Assembly: GCA_963764165.1 (NCBI GenBank)
Contig: CAVXRD010000001.1
Span: 1,309,959-1,373,958 of the forward strand
DNA: 64,000 bases
Source of the DNA: an uncultured Verrucomicrobiae bacterium
GTDB lineage: Bacteria; Verrucomicrobiota; Verrucomicrobiia; Limisphaerales; Palsa-1400
Direction of reading: 5' to 3'
Part shown: positions 20,341 to 29,114 of the stretch, piece by piece
Position numbering within the stretch: position 1 is the stretch's first letter
Layout of the letters: every line of letters begins with the position of its first letter
Made by a program: the position numbers and the translations under genes
The notes under the pieces: generated by a model
The model's input: the letters and a program-made list of their open reading frames with translations, nothing else
Databases searched by the model: none
What the model was told of the DNA's origin: nothing

Positions 20341-21460
20341 TCGGGTACAGCGGCCAGCCCTGAATCTCCATGCACTCGACATAATCCTGATTGACGATGG
20401 CCGCCGACTGAGGGGGTGTGTGATCGTAATCAATTGCAAATACCGTAAAGCCGTCCGGGCGCCCCGCTTCCGCGTTAATCTTCGGGGCAAAATCGTATTT
20501 GTTGTCCAGGAATGAGGGAGTAATGGCATTGGTGCTCGAATCGCTGTAATAGCTTTCGAACATCACCATGTCCAGGTAAGGCCGCAGGCAATAGGGGTAA
20601 GTCTTTAAGTTCGAATCATAAAAAAACAAACCTCGATTGCCCATGAGCAATTTGCCAACGTAGTTTGTGTGAATCCGCTGCACCAATGCCTGCATTCCAG
20701 GAGCCGTCCATTCGTATGCCAATCCCCATGTATTTGGCGCGGCGGTGTCGATGGTGTCGAGAAATAGGCCGTCGCAGTTGTAAGCGTTTCCAACGTTGGT
20801 GGTCAAAATCTCGTCCATCCCAGCCTGGCCGCTGCTGGCTTTAGTCATGTTCTTGATCACGTTCCACCAAGCGGGAGCGCCGGCGTTGACGTAATAACTT
20901 CCGAACGGTCCGTCTTCGTCCGGCTTCCCGGTCTGGTTTGTTCTTGCGTTAAGATAGTACGAGCCATAACCCGTTCCTCCTGCCGAGGGCAACCCGAGCG
21001 CATTGGTGATGCTGGACAGCGGGACGCTGTCCGAGGCACGAGGATCGACTCGCGGGCCAAGTCCGTCATCGACTAGCGGCACGCCATTTCTGTCATCTTC
21101 GCCAATTGACAAATAGGCCAGCACTTTCACGTCGTCCGCGGTTCCCAGCACACCATCCGGGCCGCTCCGAATGGTTGCGATTTGGGAAGCAGAAATGTTG
21201 CTCGCGGGGTGCAGTATCACAAGATGATAGTTGGTGCGGGCGAAGTTCACCATGGCTGCAGTCCAGTTGCCGTAGTAAATAAGGTACGGTGTCGTGGTGT
21301 TTAGGCCCGGGATCGGGCCGCTGCCGCTCGCGAGCAGTTTATTTTGTGGGAGTAATGGGAAGAATAGGAGGTAGGCGCATGCAGCAAGCCCGGCCAAGCT
21401 AATTTTGCCTGATACTGATTTCTTCCTCCCTTGGCCGCCCCTGAAAATGATCTGCTTCAT
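20126..21460 (-). CDS. exported TIM-barrel glycosidase, GH114 / TM1410-like (endo-alpha-1,4-polygalactosaminidase-like); the ORF tail past ~20345 is out of frame
   Basis: Signal/TM KISLAGLAACAYLLFFPLLP. VLAYLSIGEDD and DGLFLDTIDT motifs typical of the GH114/GHL family. After ...YVECMEIQGWPLY the frame degenerates (SRMAGDECRHAGSRMEQHRRPRACTTG), while the neighbouring frame becomes protein-like. Confidence 0.65.
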   Translation of the reverse strand: MKQIIFRGGQGRKKSVSGKISLAGLAACAYLLFFPLLPQNKLLASGSGPIPGLNTTTPYLIYYGNWTAAMVNFARTNYHLVILHPASNISASQIATIRSGPDGVLGTADDVKVLAYLSIGEDDRNGVPLVDDGLGPRVDPRASDSVPLSSITNALGLPSAGGTGYGSYYLNARTNQTGKPDEDGPFGSYYVNAGAPAWWNVIKNMTKASSGQAGMDEILTTNVGNAYNCDGLFLDTIDTAAPNTWGLAYEWTAPGMQALVQRIHTNYVGKLLMGNRGLFFYDSNLKTYPYCLRPYLDMVMFESYYSDSSTNAITPSFLDNKYDFAPKINAEAGRPDGFTVFAIDYDHTPPQSAAIVNQDYVECMEIQGWPLYPNQSFLERTSEHKLSRMAGDECRHAGSRMEQHRRPRACTTGSARGCAGSHGWLSERHGVLGHCGRPDKARDI

Positions 21461-22333
21461 CTATCTAGGGGCCGGAATCGCCGGCGGCACCACCCAGCCC
21501 GCGTGCCAATAAAGGTTCCACAGGCCAGTTAGCTTCACGTAAGCCGAATGTCCGTCGTAAAAGGTCATATTGATGCCGTTTTGCATGCTCGCGCTGGAAG
21601 TGATCGCCGTCGGAGCAACGCCGGGCGGCTGCGACCCGTGCCGCGCAATCGTGAATCGTCCCATGTCGAAGTTGGCATTGCCGTTGTAAAGATCCGCCGA
21701 GGGGCCTTCCGTTTCCTGCGGCCATCCGTCAACCCACATCGCATCGCCAAATATGGGCGTGTCGGTAACGTGCGCGACCGTGCTCGGGTTGGAGTATATC
21801 CAGCTCTCAGGCGCGCCTAGAAGGTCGGCAACAGAATACGTTCCGCTGTAGAGCCACCCGTTGTAAGCATAGCTTCCCGCATAATTAGTAACCGTCGGCG
21901 CCCATTTCCACATTTGAGTGGCATCGCCGTAGGTATATTCGGGGCTTGCCAGCGTCCGCGTCGTCGCCGCACTAGCCAGCGGGCAAACCCGGACCATGTT
22001 CACCTGCGCCTGATAACTCAGCAACATCGCCATCCAGAGATTCTCGTCTCCTGTGTATTGGAATTCCTTTCCAAAATCACCGACATACATGGAATGGGAG
22101 ACGCCCAATTGCTTGAGATTGCTGAGGCATTGCGTGCTGGACGCGCTCAATTTTGCCCGCGAAAGCGCCGGCAGCAGCAGCGCCGCTAGAATCGCGATGA
22201 TGGCAATCACCACCAATAACTCGACCAAAGTGAAGCCGCGCGGTCGAGGGATGAACCCCACCTCGGCGAATTTCATCGCATTCGGTGTTCGACCGATTGC
22301 GATAGGCGCAATGGCTAGCTCGTCGCGCGTCAT
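21461..22333 (-). CDS. prepilin-type N-terminal cleavage/methylation domain protein, DUF1559-like (pseudopilin-like)
   Basis: [43 protein letters not shown]; C-terminal [12 protein letters not shown]. The ATG at 22333 overlaps the upstream stop (ATGA). An alternative start is MKFAEVGF at 22276. The stop abuts the next gene's start (21460). Confidence 0.85.
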   Translation of the reverse strand: MTRDELAIAPIAIGRTPNAMKFAEVGFIPRPRGFTLVELLVVIAIIAILAALLLPALSRAKLSASSTQCLSNLKQLGVSHSMYVGDFGKEFQYTGDENLWMAMLLSYQAQVNMVRVCPLASAATTRTLASPEYTYGDATQMWKWAPTVTNYAGSYAYNGWLYSGTYSVADLLGAPESWIYSNPSTVAHVTDTPIFGDAMWVDGWPQETEGPSADLYNGNANFDMGRFTIARHGSQPPGVAPTAITSSASMQNGINMTFYDGHSAYVKLTGLWNLYWHAGWVVPPAIPAPR

Positions 22334-25020
22334 TGGGCGATGCGGAAGAATTGGGATTTGCCCGACTCGCTAACAACATACGGACTCGTGGCGCCGGAAA
22401 CATTCGTCCAACTCGGGTTGCTCAAATTGGTGCATGACTGCAACGAGCCGGGCGGATTCCAAATGATTGCAACGTTGCCGCCACTCAAATGAGCAATGTC
22501 CATCTTGCCCAGTGGCAATGGCGCGACGGAAGGAGGTGGAACGTTGGTGTAGCCGAGCGTCCCACCCTGCGCGGGCGCTGTGTTTTCGACTACAAACGAA
22601 GGCGTCATGCCCTCGAACAGGAACTGGAACGCGTTGGTCGTAAATAGCGCCGTGCCATCCTGGAATGTGGCGGACTGGGCAATTTGAAACTCGAAATTGG
22701 TCGAGGGCGATTGCGGCAGGCAAAGCCAATCCAATCCGCTGATGCTGACGCCGTCGTTGAAGTTCCCGTTCTTTTCCTGGTAGCTGTAGCCGCTTTGAAT
22801 CAGCATTTCCGATCCAATCGCGGAGTAACCCGTGTCCGGATTGTTGTCGGTGTCAAAGAACATGTTGACGTAATACGGGAATTGGCCGGAAGCGGGATCA
22901 ATGTCCGTCCACAGCGTCACCCTGAAGTAGTAGAAATTAGCGTCATTATATGCATAGATGGCGTTAAAGTCGGCCGCGTCCGTATTCCCACTCGGGGCGG
23001 TCGTGGTATAGATCGGCGCCAGGCCAATCCAATCGTTGAACGATCCGTCTATGGTAATGTCCCGCGTAAATTGACCTGAAGTGCCGGCGGCGTTGCCGTA
23101 AAGATCATCCACGCCACTCACGGTGAGGGTATAGACCGATCCAAAATTCATCGGCGCTCCCGTGGTCAGTGTCACTTGGGAAGGGTTGCTTGGGTTTTGC
23201 ACGGCGCCAATCACGCTGATTCCGCCAATGGTGTAATGAGACGCGTTTGCGGACGAGACCGGGTCCAGCGGCTTGGAGAAGGTCACAACCACTTGGGTAT
23301 AACTTGCTGTAATGCCCGTGAGCGCAGGAGGTATCCGATCCGCCAACACAGTCAGCGTCACCGGGACGCTGTTCGTTGTGTCAGCGGGGTTGCTTACTGT
23401 CACGTAATAGCTTCCAGCGTCCGACGGGGCAACGGAGGCAATAGTGTAAGACGCATTGGTGGCGCCCGCAATGTTGGTCGAGCTATGAAACCATTGATAC
23501 AAGATGGTTGGCGTGGCGGTGACCGACACGGTGAAAGCTGCCGGCGTGCCCTCGACAGCGACGACACTTGCGGGTTCGCTCGAAATGATCACGGGAGTGC
23601 TGCTTACCGTCAGCACGGCCGAGCGTGTCGTGACTCGGGAAGAGGCGTTGCTTACCACTAGAGTGTAAGTGCCCGCGTTATTGGTCAACAACGAAGGAAT
23701 GGTATAGGTGGAAGAGGTGGCTCCAGCAATGGCGTTTGTCCCATCGAATATCCATTGATAGGTCAACGGTCCGCTGCCGATAATATCCGAAGTGAATGTA
23801 ACCGATTTCCCGGCGAGCACAGTCTGATCGTAAGGCTGATTGGTATCCACATTATAAACCGGGTAGGTTACCGCCGCCGTCAGCGACAAGCCGAAGATCA
23901 TATCCGCACTGCTGTTGGCGGCCTGGTGAGCCTCAACTTCAAGAATATTGTCTCCGGCTTGGAGCGTTGCCCCATTCAAGCCGAAGATGCTGACCTGGCC
24001 GGCTGGCACATTTGTGCCGGTCGCCAGCGTGCCATATGAAACCGCTCCCGCCGGCATCCGGATGCTCGTGACTTCATTGCCGTTCAGATAAAAAACCGCG
24101 CCGTCGCTAATATAGTTGGAAACCACGAAGGCAATGTTGGCCGAGTCATTCGTCCATTGAAAGTGAGTGCGGAAGTAATACGTCTCCGGGCCGCTCGAAA
24201 GCGGTGTCTGAATGGGCGGATAGCTGGAAGGCGAAGGCGTGTATCCGAATAAACCGAGGCCGGAAGTCCATCCCGCCTGTGTGTCGTCGTAATTCTGGCC
24301 CAGCCAGTTCGTGCCGAGATCTGTGCCGGAGGCGTTCACTTCCCACGACGAGTTTTCAAGCGTGATCAACGGGGCGTTGGTTGCGACTGAACCCGGGTTT
24401 GCGGCAAAAGCGTAAACAAGCCCGCCGGATGGCGGAACGAACTCGCTGTTGGCGTAGGCGCTCGTGTCGCCTTCCAACAGGACAGCGATTGGACTGTTGG
24501 TGCTGAAAACCATTGTTCCGTCCGAGGCGTAAGTTGCGTTTAAGGAAATCGACATTTCGAAATCGAGGCTGTCCGCCGATCCCGCAACATTCCATCCGAG
24601 GTTATTTATGTCACCTTCGTTGAAACCACCGTTTTTCTCCTGATAGCCGCCGCCCCATTGGATGAGCATCTCCGAGCCAATGCCCCCGACTGGAAAACCA
24701 GTGGAAGCATTATCGTCGGCATCAATGAAGATATTATCGAACGAATTTTGGAAAGCGCTGGGACGGGCGGTGTAGAGCGTGACCTGGATGTAAAGATTGC
24801 TCTCGTCATTTGCCATGTAGACGTTCTCGTATTGGATGGCGTTGGCTGACCCTTCAGTCGCCGTATACGCCAATGGCACGCCGGTCCAGTCCGCGAACGA
24901 ACCGTCAATGGTGATATGCTTGAATGTTCCCGGCACCGCCACCTGGCATTGCGCGCGCACCGCGCAAAAGGTGAGAGCAGCGAAGGTGATGACTGCGCGA
25001 AAAAGCGATTTGCAATTCAT
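22330..25020 (-). CDS. giant exported protein: 2x IDG..F.DW beta-sandwich (CBM-like), lectin-like region, 2 Ig (I-set-like) domains, SbsA/Big_5-like Ig, FYR C-terminal domain
   Basis: Start chosen at [24 protein letters not shown] (signal peptide; the track start 25065 is 15 codons upstream). [14 protein letters not shown]...[12 protein letters not shown]...[14 protein letters not shown] recurs as [15 protein letters not shown]...[12 protein letters not shown]...[14 protein letters not shown]. Ig repeats: [21 protein letters not shown]...[10 protein letters not shown] and [20 protein letters not shown]...[10 protein letters not shown]. It ends ...[46 protein letters not shown]. Confidence 0.85.
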   Translation of the reverse strand: MNCKSLFRAVITFAALTFCAVRAQCQVAVPGTFKHITIDGSFADWTGVPLAYTATEGSANAIQYENVYMANDESNLYIQVTLYTARPSAFQNSFDNIFIDADDNASTGFPVGGIGSEMLIQWGGGYQEKNGGFNEGDINNLGWNVAGSADSLDFEMSISLNATYASDGTMVFSTNSPIAVLLEGDTSAYANSEFVPPSGGLVYAFAANPGSVATNAPLITLENSSWEVNASGTDLGTNWLGQNYDDTQAGWTSGLGLFGYTPSPSSYPPIQTPLSSGPETYYFRTHFQWTNDSANIAFVVSNYISDGAVFYLNGNEVTSIRMPAGAVSYGTLATGTNVPAGQVSIFGLNGATLQAGDNILEVEAHQAANSSADMIFGLSLTAAVTYPVYNVDTNQPYDQTVLAGKSVTFTSDIIGSGPLTYQWIFDGTNAIAGATSSTYTIPSLLTNNAGTYTLVVSNASSRVTTRSAVLTVSSTPVIISSEPASVVAVEGTPAAFTVSVTATPTILYQWFHSSTNIAGATNASYTIASVAPSDAGSYYVTVSNPADTTNSVPVTLTVLADRIPPALTGITASYTQVVVTFSKPLDPVSSANASHYTIGGISVIGAVQNPSNPSQVTLTTGAPMNFGSVYTLTVSGVDDLYGNAAGTSGQFTRDITIDGSFNDWIGLAPIYTTTAPSGNTDAADFNAIYAYNDANFYYFRVTLWTDIDPASGQFPYYVNMFFDTDNNPDTGYSAIGSEMLIQSGYSYQEKNGNFNDGVSISGLDWLCLPQSPSTNFEFQIAQSATFQDGTALFTTNAFQFLFEGMTPSFVVENTAPAQGGTLGYTNVPPPSVAPLPLGKMDIAHLSGGNVAIIWNPPGSLQSCTNLSNPSWTNVSGATSPYVVSESGKSQFFRIAQ

Positions 25021-25119
25021 ATTTTTAATTGGATCCGGGCCAAGGTTTTTACTGAAATCGCCCATATTCTAGGCGATTGCCAAAATTTGTCATGTCGCGC
25101 AAATGAACTACGCCACCTG

Positions 25120-25752
25120 CTACGGACTCGATTGCATCAATTTCGCAACGGCCTGCGACCGCGAGTGGACGTGCAGTTTCTCGTAGATGCGCCGAATATG
25201 GGTGCGGACCGTTACAAAACTGATTCCCAATTGGTCCGCAATCTCTTTGATGAGATGCCCCTTCGAGAGCATCTTCAAGACCTCAGTTTCCCTCGCGGAA
25301 AGCTGGGCCGTCGCCTCGCTGGGCTTGCCGCCGTGGAAGAACTGAACGACTTTGCGCGCGATTTGGCTGCTCATGGGCGATCCACCGCGGTGCGCATCGC
25401 GGATCGCTTCCGGCAAGTTCTCCGAAAGCTGCTGCTTGAGCATATACCCGATGGCGCCCGCGCGCAGAGCGTCGAAAATTTGTTCCGGGTTTTCGTATAC
25501 CGTCAGCATGATGACACGGAGCGCCGGATCGATGGCGTGAAGTTTTTGGACGCATTCAACGCCGTTCATCGCTGGCAAATTGATGTCCATGAGCAGGATG
25601 TCGGGGCGCGCCCGCGGGATGTCGCGGAGCGCGGCTTCGGCGGATGAATAATTGGCCAGAAGGCGGAACTCGCTGGACTTGTCGAGCAGACGCACAAGTC
25701 CGGCACGAACACCGTCGTCGTCCTCAACTATGGAAACAGCAATGGGCACCAT
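25120..25752 (-). CDS. NarL/FixJ (LuxR-type HTH) response regulator
   Basis: Start moved to MVPIAVSIVEDDDG (25752). Receiver: ILLMDINLPAMNG, VIMLTVYE. LuxR HTH: LSARETEVLKMLSKGHLIKEIADQLGISFVTVRTHIRRIYEKLHV. The 108 upstream codons of the track ORF read through repeat elements (..IASLNHRLQARIPAGM..) and are rejected. Confidence 0.88.
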   Translation of the reverse strand: MVPIAVSIVEDDDGVRAGLVRLLDKSSEFRLLANYSSAEAALRDIPRARPDILLMDINLPAMNGVECVQKLHAIDPALRVIMLTVYENPEQIFDALRAGAIGYMLKQQLSENLPEAIRDAHRGGSPMSSQIARKVVQFFHGGKPSEATAQLSARETEVLKMLSKGHLIKEIADQLGISFVTVRTHIRRIYEKLHVHSRSQAVAKLMQSSP

Positions 25753-25861
25753 TGGATTGGTGCCGCCATTGTATACCGGAATGGGCGTCGTCCAATAAGA
25801 AAAGCGGTTTGTGGCTGTCGTGCAAATGAAGGACACGGCAGAAAGTGAGACGCGGTAGGGC

Positions 25862-25997
25862 GAGAATGCCAATGAACCTGTCCGATAAGCGGGGGTGGGC
25901 AGCATCCCGGCAGGGATGCGAGCTTGTAGCCGGTGGTTGAGCGAAGCGATACCACCGGAAACACGTCCGATAAACCCCTGCATCCTGGAAGGATGCC
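25862..25997 (+). repeat. structured repeat family A (hairpin, CCGGTGGTTGAGCGAAGCGAYACCACCGG hairpin, hairpin), copy 1
   Basis: gcatcccggcagggatgc-gagcttgtag-ccggtggttgagcgaagcgataccaccgg-aaacacg...-gcatcctggaaggatgc. About 90% identical by eye to the reverse complement of 28997..29094. The 5' part (gagaatgccaatgaac...) also matches 28788..28896 in direct orientation. Confidence 0.75.
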
Positions 25998-26010
25998 AGC
26001 ATGAACACTT

Positions 26011-26209
26011 GCGCCGCCACGCGTGGCGGGGAGAGAGAAGGAGAGAGGGGCTTTTCATAAAAATTTCGCGAAGCAATGCGAGTTGTAAGCGTTTGGGTTT
26101 CAGTTGTTTGCTAGACTCCCCCTCTCCCTAACCCTCTCCCCACTTCGCAGGGCGAGGGAATCAGAACGAGTCCTTCTGTTATTTGAATGCCATAAACTGA
26201 GATGCGCCC
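26011..26209. mobile_element. partial second copy of the 263-bp MITE found at 32485..32747 (opposite orientation, one end missing)
   Basis: Shares ccgccacgcgtggcggggagagagaaggagagaggggc, ccctctccctaaccctctccccacttcgcagggcgagggaa and the terminal aaactgagatgcgccc (ends 26209) with the reverse complement of the 32485..32747 element. The other terminus is replaced by the family-A repeat. Confidence 0.55.
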
Positions 26210-26289
26210 GCGAGCAAAAAATTCACATTAGGTTCTTGCTTTTGTGTCTATTCCCGGCTTTAAGTTTCCCGGCCTGTTGTCGGAGATGC

Positions 26290-28749
26290 ATGTTCATGCG
26301 TGGTCGTTCACATTGGAATCTGCTGGTCGGCATAAGCTGCTTATGGCTTTTTCTGGCTGCGCCACAGGTGTCGCGCTCCCAATCGTTCACCAACTCCGCC
26401 ACTCTGGCGGCTTCGACGGATGGGACGAATTTGATCATCAACTACTCCCTAGCTGCGGCGCAGGGATGGGTGACGCTCTTTTCGGCCTCCACGCCGCAAA
26501 TGCTTCTCACCAACGCCAAACCGGTGTGCTTGGCCGCTGCGACCCCTTCGCTTACCGGGCGGTTCACGGTTCCCATTCATTCAAACGCGCCTGTGCAATT
26601 TTATCGGCTCCTTCTCGAGCAATGGCCCACACGCGGGCAGGTGCTCGTCTTCACAAACGGCCCTATTGACTTTGCCGCCATGCTGGCAACGTATGGCAGT
26701 ATCACGAACAGTTCTCAGCCGTTTTTTGAAGGCAATGATGGTGATATAGAACCGACGAATTCCATCCCGATGATTTATACTCAACCGGTGGCCGTCTGGA
26801 TTGACAACCTCGGAACCTATAATACAAACGGCGCGTTAGTCGGTCCGAATGAAGGACTTTTGATTGGGAAATACGCGCAAACCTCGCTTGACACATTCAG
26901 CGATTGCGATTCCGATGCCTGTCCGGTCGCTCCCCTGTATTCGGCGAGTAACGATTTCCGCGTTCTTTACATGGGCGATTCAAACGTGACTGCAAGAGAA
27001 GGAGTTCTCTGGAGTTCTCAAGCGCAACTTTATTGCGACATCAATCGGTACCGCGAGCAATTCCTGAACGACGCCTTTATTGACAAATTGCAGTTGACGC
27101 CACAGATCGCAGCTAACTTAAAATACCTTCAATACCGACCGGACTTGATTAATCCATTTGATCTAGATCCCGACATTTATGCCGAGCCAACTATGGAAAT
27201 GTACGAGTTTTCTTTGCCAGATGGCATTCAGCTTTTCCCTGCCGAGAATATCGAAAGCGTCATCGTCAGAACCCGTGGCCCATTCAATAACGACGCATCT
27301 CTCCCACCGATTTCAGTTGCTTATGATTCAGGGGCCACCGTGGGGAATTATGCAACGCTGGCGGCGAATTGGATTCTCGGCACAAACACGGGAACTCCTT
27401 CAGATGCGTTTTACGGCTCAGCCGAACCGGGCGCGAATTGGGAGAACGATGTCCTTTCCCCTTTCGTCAACGGCCTATCTGCTTGGGTTGCCTATCGTCT
27501 CACCGGAACGAATGAGGTGTATACCCAACTTTCGTACATGCTCCGTATCTGGAATGGCTCGGCCTGCGGCGGGACCTGGATTCCCTGCGACAGAGGCCAA
27601 AACATCAGCAATGTAATGATGTTCAACGCCGCAGAAACGGACGCGGAAGGCGTCTTTCCCTTCACAGTGGCGGAAAATGTGACCTCTTACGACGGCCCTG
27701 TAGCCTCCGATCTTGCGGCTCTTTACTTCGGGGCCATTTTTTATGATATTGCCAATGAATCTGGATTGGGCTTGTACAAAACCGACTTGTTAATCTGGAA
27801 GACGCTCTCCCTTGTCACGAATGATCCGAACAGTTTGAGCATGGTTCAGTTTGGGGCCTACGTGCAGCAAGCGGCCCGCCTGCTTTGGCCCGACCTGCGC
27901 GAAGCCTATTCCGGTATGAGCCTTTACGAAAATGACCTCGTTGACGTCCTTGCCTCACGCGGGATTCCTATGAATGGGGTCTCCGATTTTCAGTCCAATT
28001 TACCGCCTTATATCGGCTCATATCCGGATACGCTGGAATACGACGGTCCCGGATTCGGTTCTAAGCATCCTGACATCCAAGCTCAAGTGAATGCCTACGG
28101 CGTTTATCAAGTCAATTACAACACTTTCACTTATTCAAACCCCGCGTCCTACGTCGCCTACCAGATCTATAAACACTCGAAGTATGGACCCTGCGATGAA
28201 GTCGCCATAACTGACGGAACCTTCACCATCAACCAGAACCCACCTTTCAATTGGTCCTATAATTACGACGGCACATTTTACACCGAGCTCTCGAATCGAT
28301 TCGGAAATTTGATTCTTTTTCTCCCAGGTACGGAGGTAAATTTTTTACGGAGCCGCCAGCGCTGCCCCGATGAGGCAACGGGTTCTTATGCCGAGGATGT
28401 GCAACCTTTTGGTTTTATTGTCACCCAAGCCATACCGAATGGATTTTCTTTCACTGTCTCCGCCCTGTCCTCAAACAGTGTTTTCAAAACCTATCAACTG
28501 ACGATTGTTGATCCCTCCACTAACACCCTGGGCGCCGCGAGTTACGCCTGGGCGTTCACGGATTACATGGGAAACATAGCCACCGTCTCCGGAAGCAGCG
28601 TCGAATACGACGCCAACATTGACGAGCCTTTCACCCTCAGCATTACCCGCACGCGCGGGAGCCAGAGCGACACGATTACCATGAGGGAGCGCGGCAATGA
28701 CCTCGACCGTGCCGGGGGCAATGCTTTCGTCAGGAACCTGGTGCCATAA
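26290..28749 (+). CDS. exported 819-aa protein of unknown function (N-terminal FYR-type beta domain)
   Basis: Start moved to MFMRGRSHWNLLVGISCLWLFLAAPQVSRSQS (signal peptide). The 62 upstream codons of track ORF 26104.. translate repeat DNA (PLSLTLSPLRRARE). The N-terminal domain ends ...RFTVPIHSNAPVQFYRLLLEQ. No HExxH or other catalytic motif was recognised. The gene looks AT-richer than its neighbours by eye. Confidence 0.8.
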   Translation: MFMRGRSHWNLLVGISCLWLFLAAPQVSRSQSFTNSATLAASTDGTNLIINYSLAAAQGWVTLFSASTPQMLLTNAKPVCLAAATPSLTGRFTVPIHSNAPVQFYRLLLEQWPTRGQVLVFTNGPIDFAAMLATYGSITNSSQPFFEGNDGDIEPTNSIPMIYTQPVAVWIDNLGTYNTNGALVGPNEGLLIGKYAQTSLDTFSDCDSDACPVAPLYSASNDFRVLYMGDSNVTAREGVLWSSQAQLYCDINRYREQFLNDAFIDKLQLTPQIAANLKYLQYRPDLINPFDLDPDIYAEPTMEMYEFSLPDGIQLFPAENIESVIVRTRGPFNNDASLPPISVAYDSGATVGNYATLAANWILGTNTGTPSDAFYGSAEPGANWENDVLSPFVNGLSAWVAYRLTGTNEVYTQLSYMLRIWNGSACGGTWIPCDRGQNISNVMMFNAAETDAEGVFPFTVAENVTSYDGPVASDLAALYFGAIFYDIANESGLGLYKTDLLIWKTLSLVTNDPNSLSMVQFGAYVQQAARLLWPDLREAYSGMSLYENDLVDVLASRGIPMNGVSDFQSNLPPYIGSYPDTLEYDGPGFGSKHPDIQAQVNAYGVYQVNYNTFTYSNPASYVAYQIYKHSKYGPCDEVAITDGTFTINQNPPFNWSYNYDGTFYTELSNRFGNLILFLPGTEVNFLRSRQRCPDEATGSYAEDVQPFGFIVTQAIPNGFSFTVSALSSNSVFKTYQLTIVDPSTNTLGAASYAWAFTDYMGNIATVSGSSVEYDANIDEPFTLSITRTRGSQSDTITMRERGNDLDRAGGNAFVRNLVP

Positions 28750-28787
28750 AAGCGGCGCGGCGGGCGGCGCCAGCCAAACGATTGGTG

Positions 28788-28896
28788 AGAAGTGCCAATG
28801 AACTAACTAAAGCGCCGGAGTGCGTCTGCGGAAGATGCCGGAGGCATCACAGCTTGCAGCCGGTGGTTGAGCGAAGCAACACCACCGGACACAACG
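28788..28896 (+). repeat. structured repeat family A, copy 2 (direct relative to copy 1)
   Basis: gagaagtgccaatgaac...gatgccggaggcatc-acagcttgcag-ccggtggttgagcgaagcaacaccaccgg-acacaacg. Collinear with 25862..25966. Confidence 0.7.
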
Positions 28897-28996
28897 ATAA
28901 TAATGACTCATCCCGGCAGGGATGACAGCGATGGGGTGCTGATGCGGCAGCCCATTTGACGAAACGGCGTGCCAAGTCCGCATTTCCGATGAGGCT

Positions 28997-29094
28997 GGCA
29001 TCCCTCCGGGATGCAGGAGGATTTTTGGGGCGTTTTTCCGGTGGTGTCGCTTCGCTCAACCACCGGCTACAAGCTCGCATCCCTGCCGGGATGC
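28997..29094 (-). repeat. structured repeat family A, copy 3 (inverted relative to copies 1 and 2)
   Basis: Its reverse complement reads gcatcccggcagggatgcgagcttgtagccggtggttgagcgaagcgacaccaccggaaaaacg...ctgcatcccggagggatgcc. That is nearly identical to 25902..25997. Confidence 0.75.
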
Positions 29095-29114
29095 TAACAA
29101 TTGAGTCCTGAAAT

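Noticed and set aside
25753-26076. N-terminal 108 codons of track ORF 25120..26076 (response regulator)
   Set aside because: They read through the family-A repeat (..GGIASLNHRLQARIPAGM..). The receiver domain begins right after the ATG at 25752.
26104-26289. N-terminal 62 codons of track ORF 26104..28749
   Set aside because: They translate the MITE fragment and GC-rich palindromes (PLSLTLSPLRRARE...). A proper signal peptide begins at the ATG at 26290.
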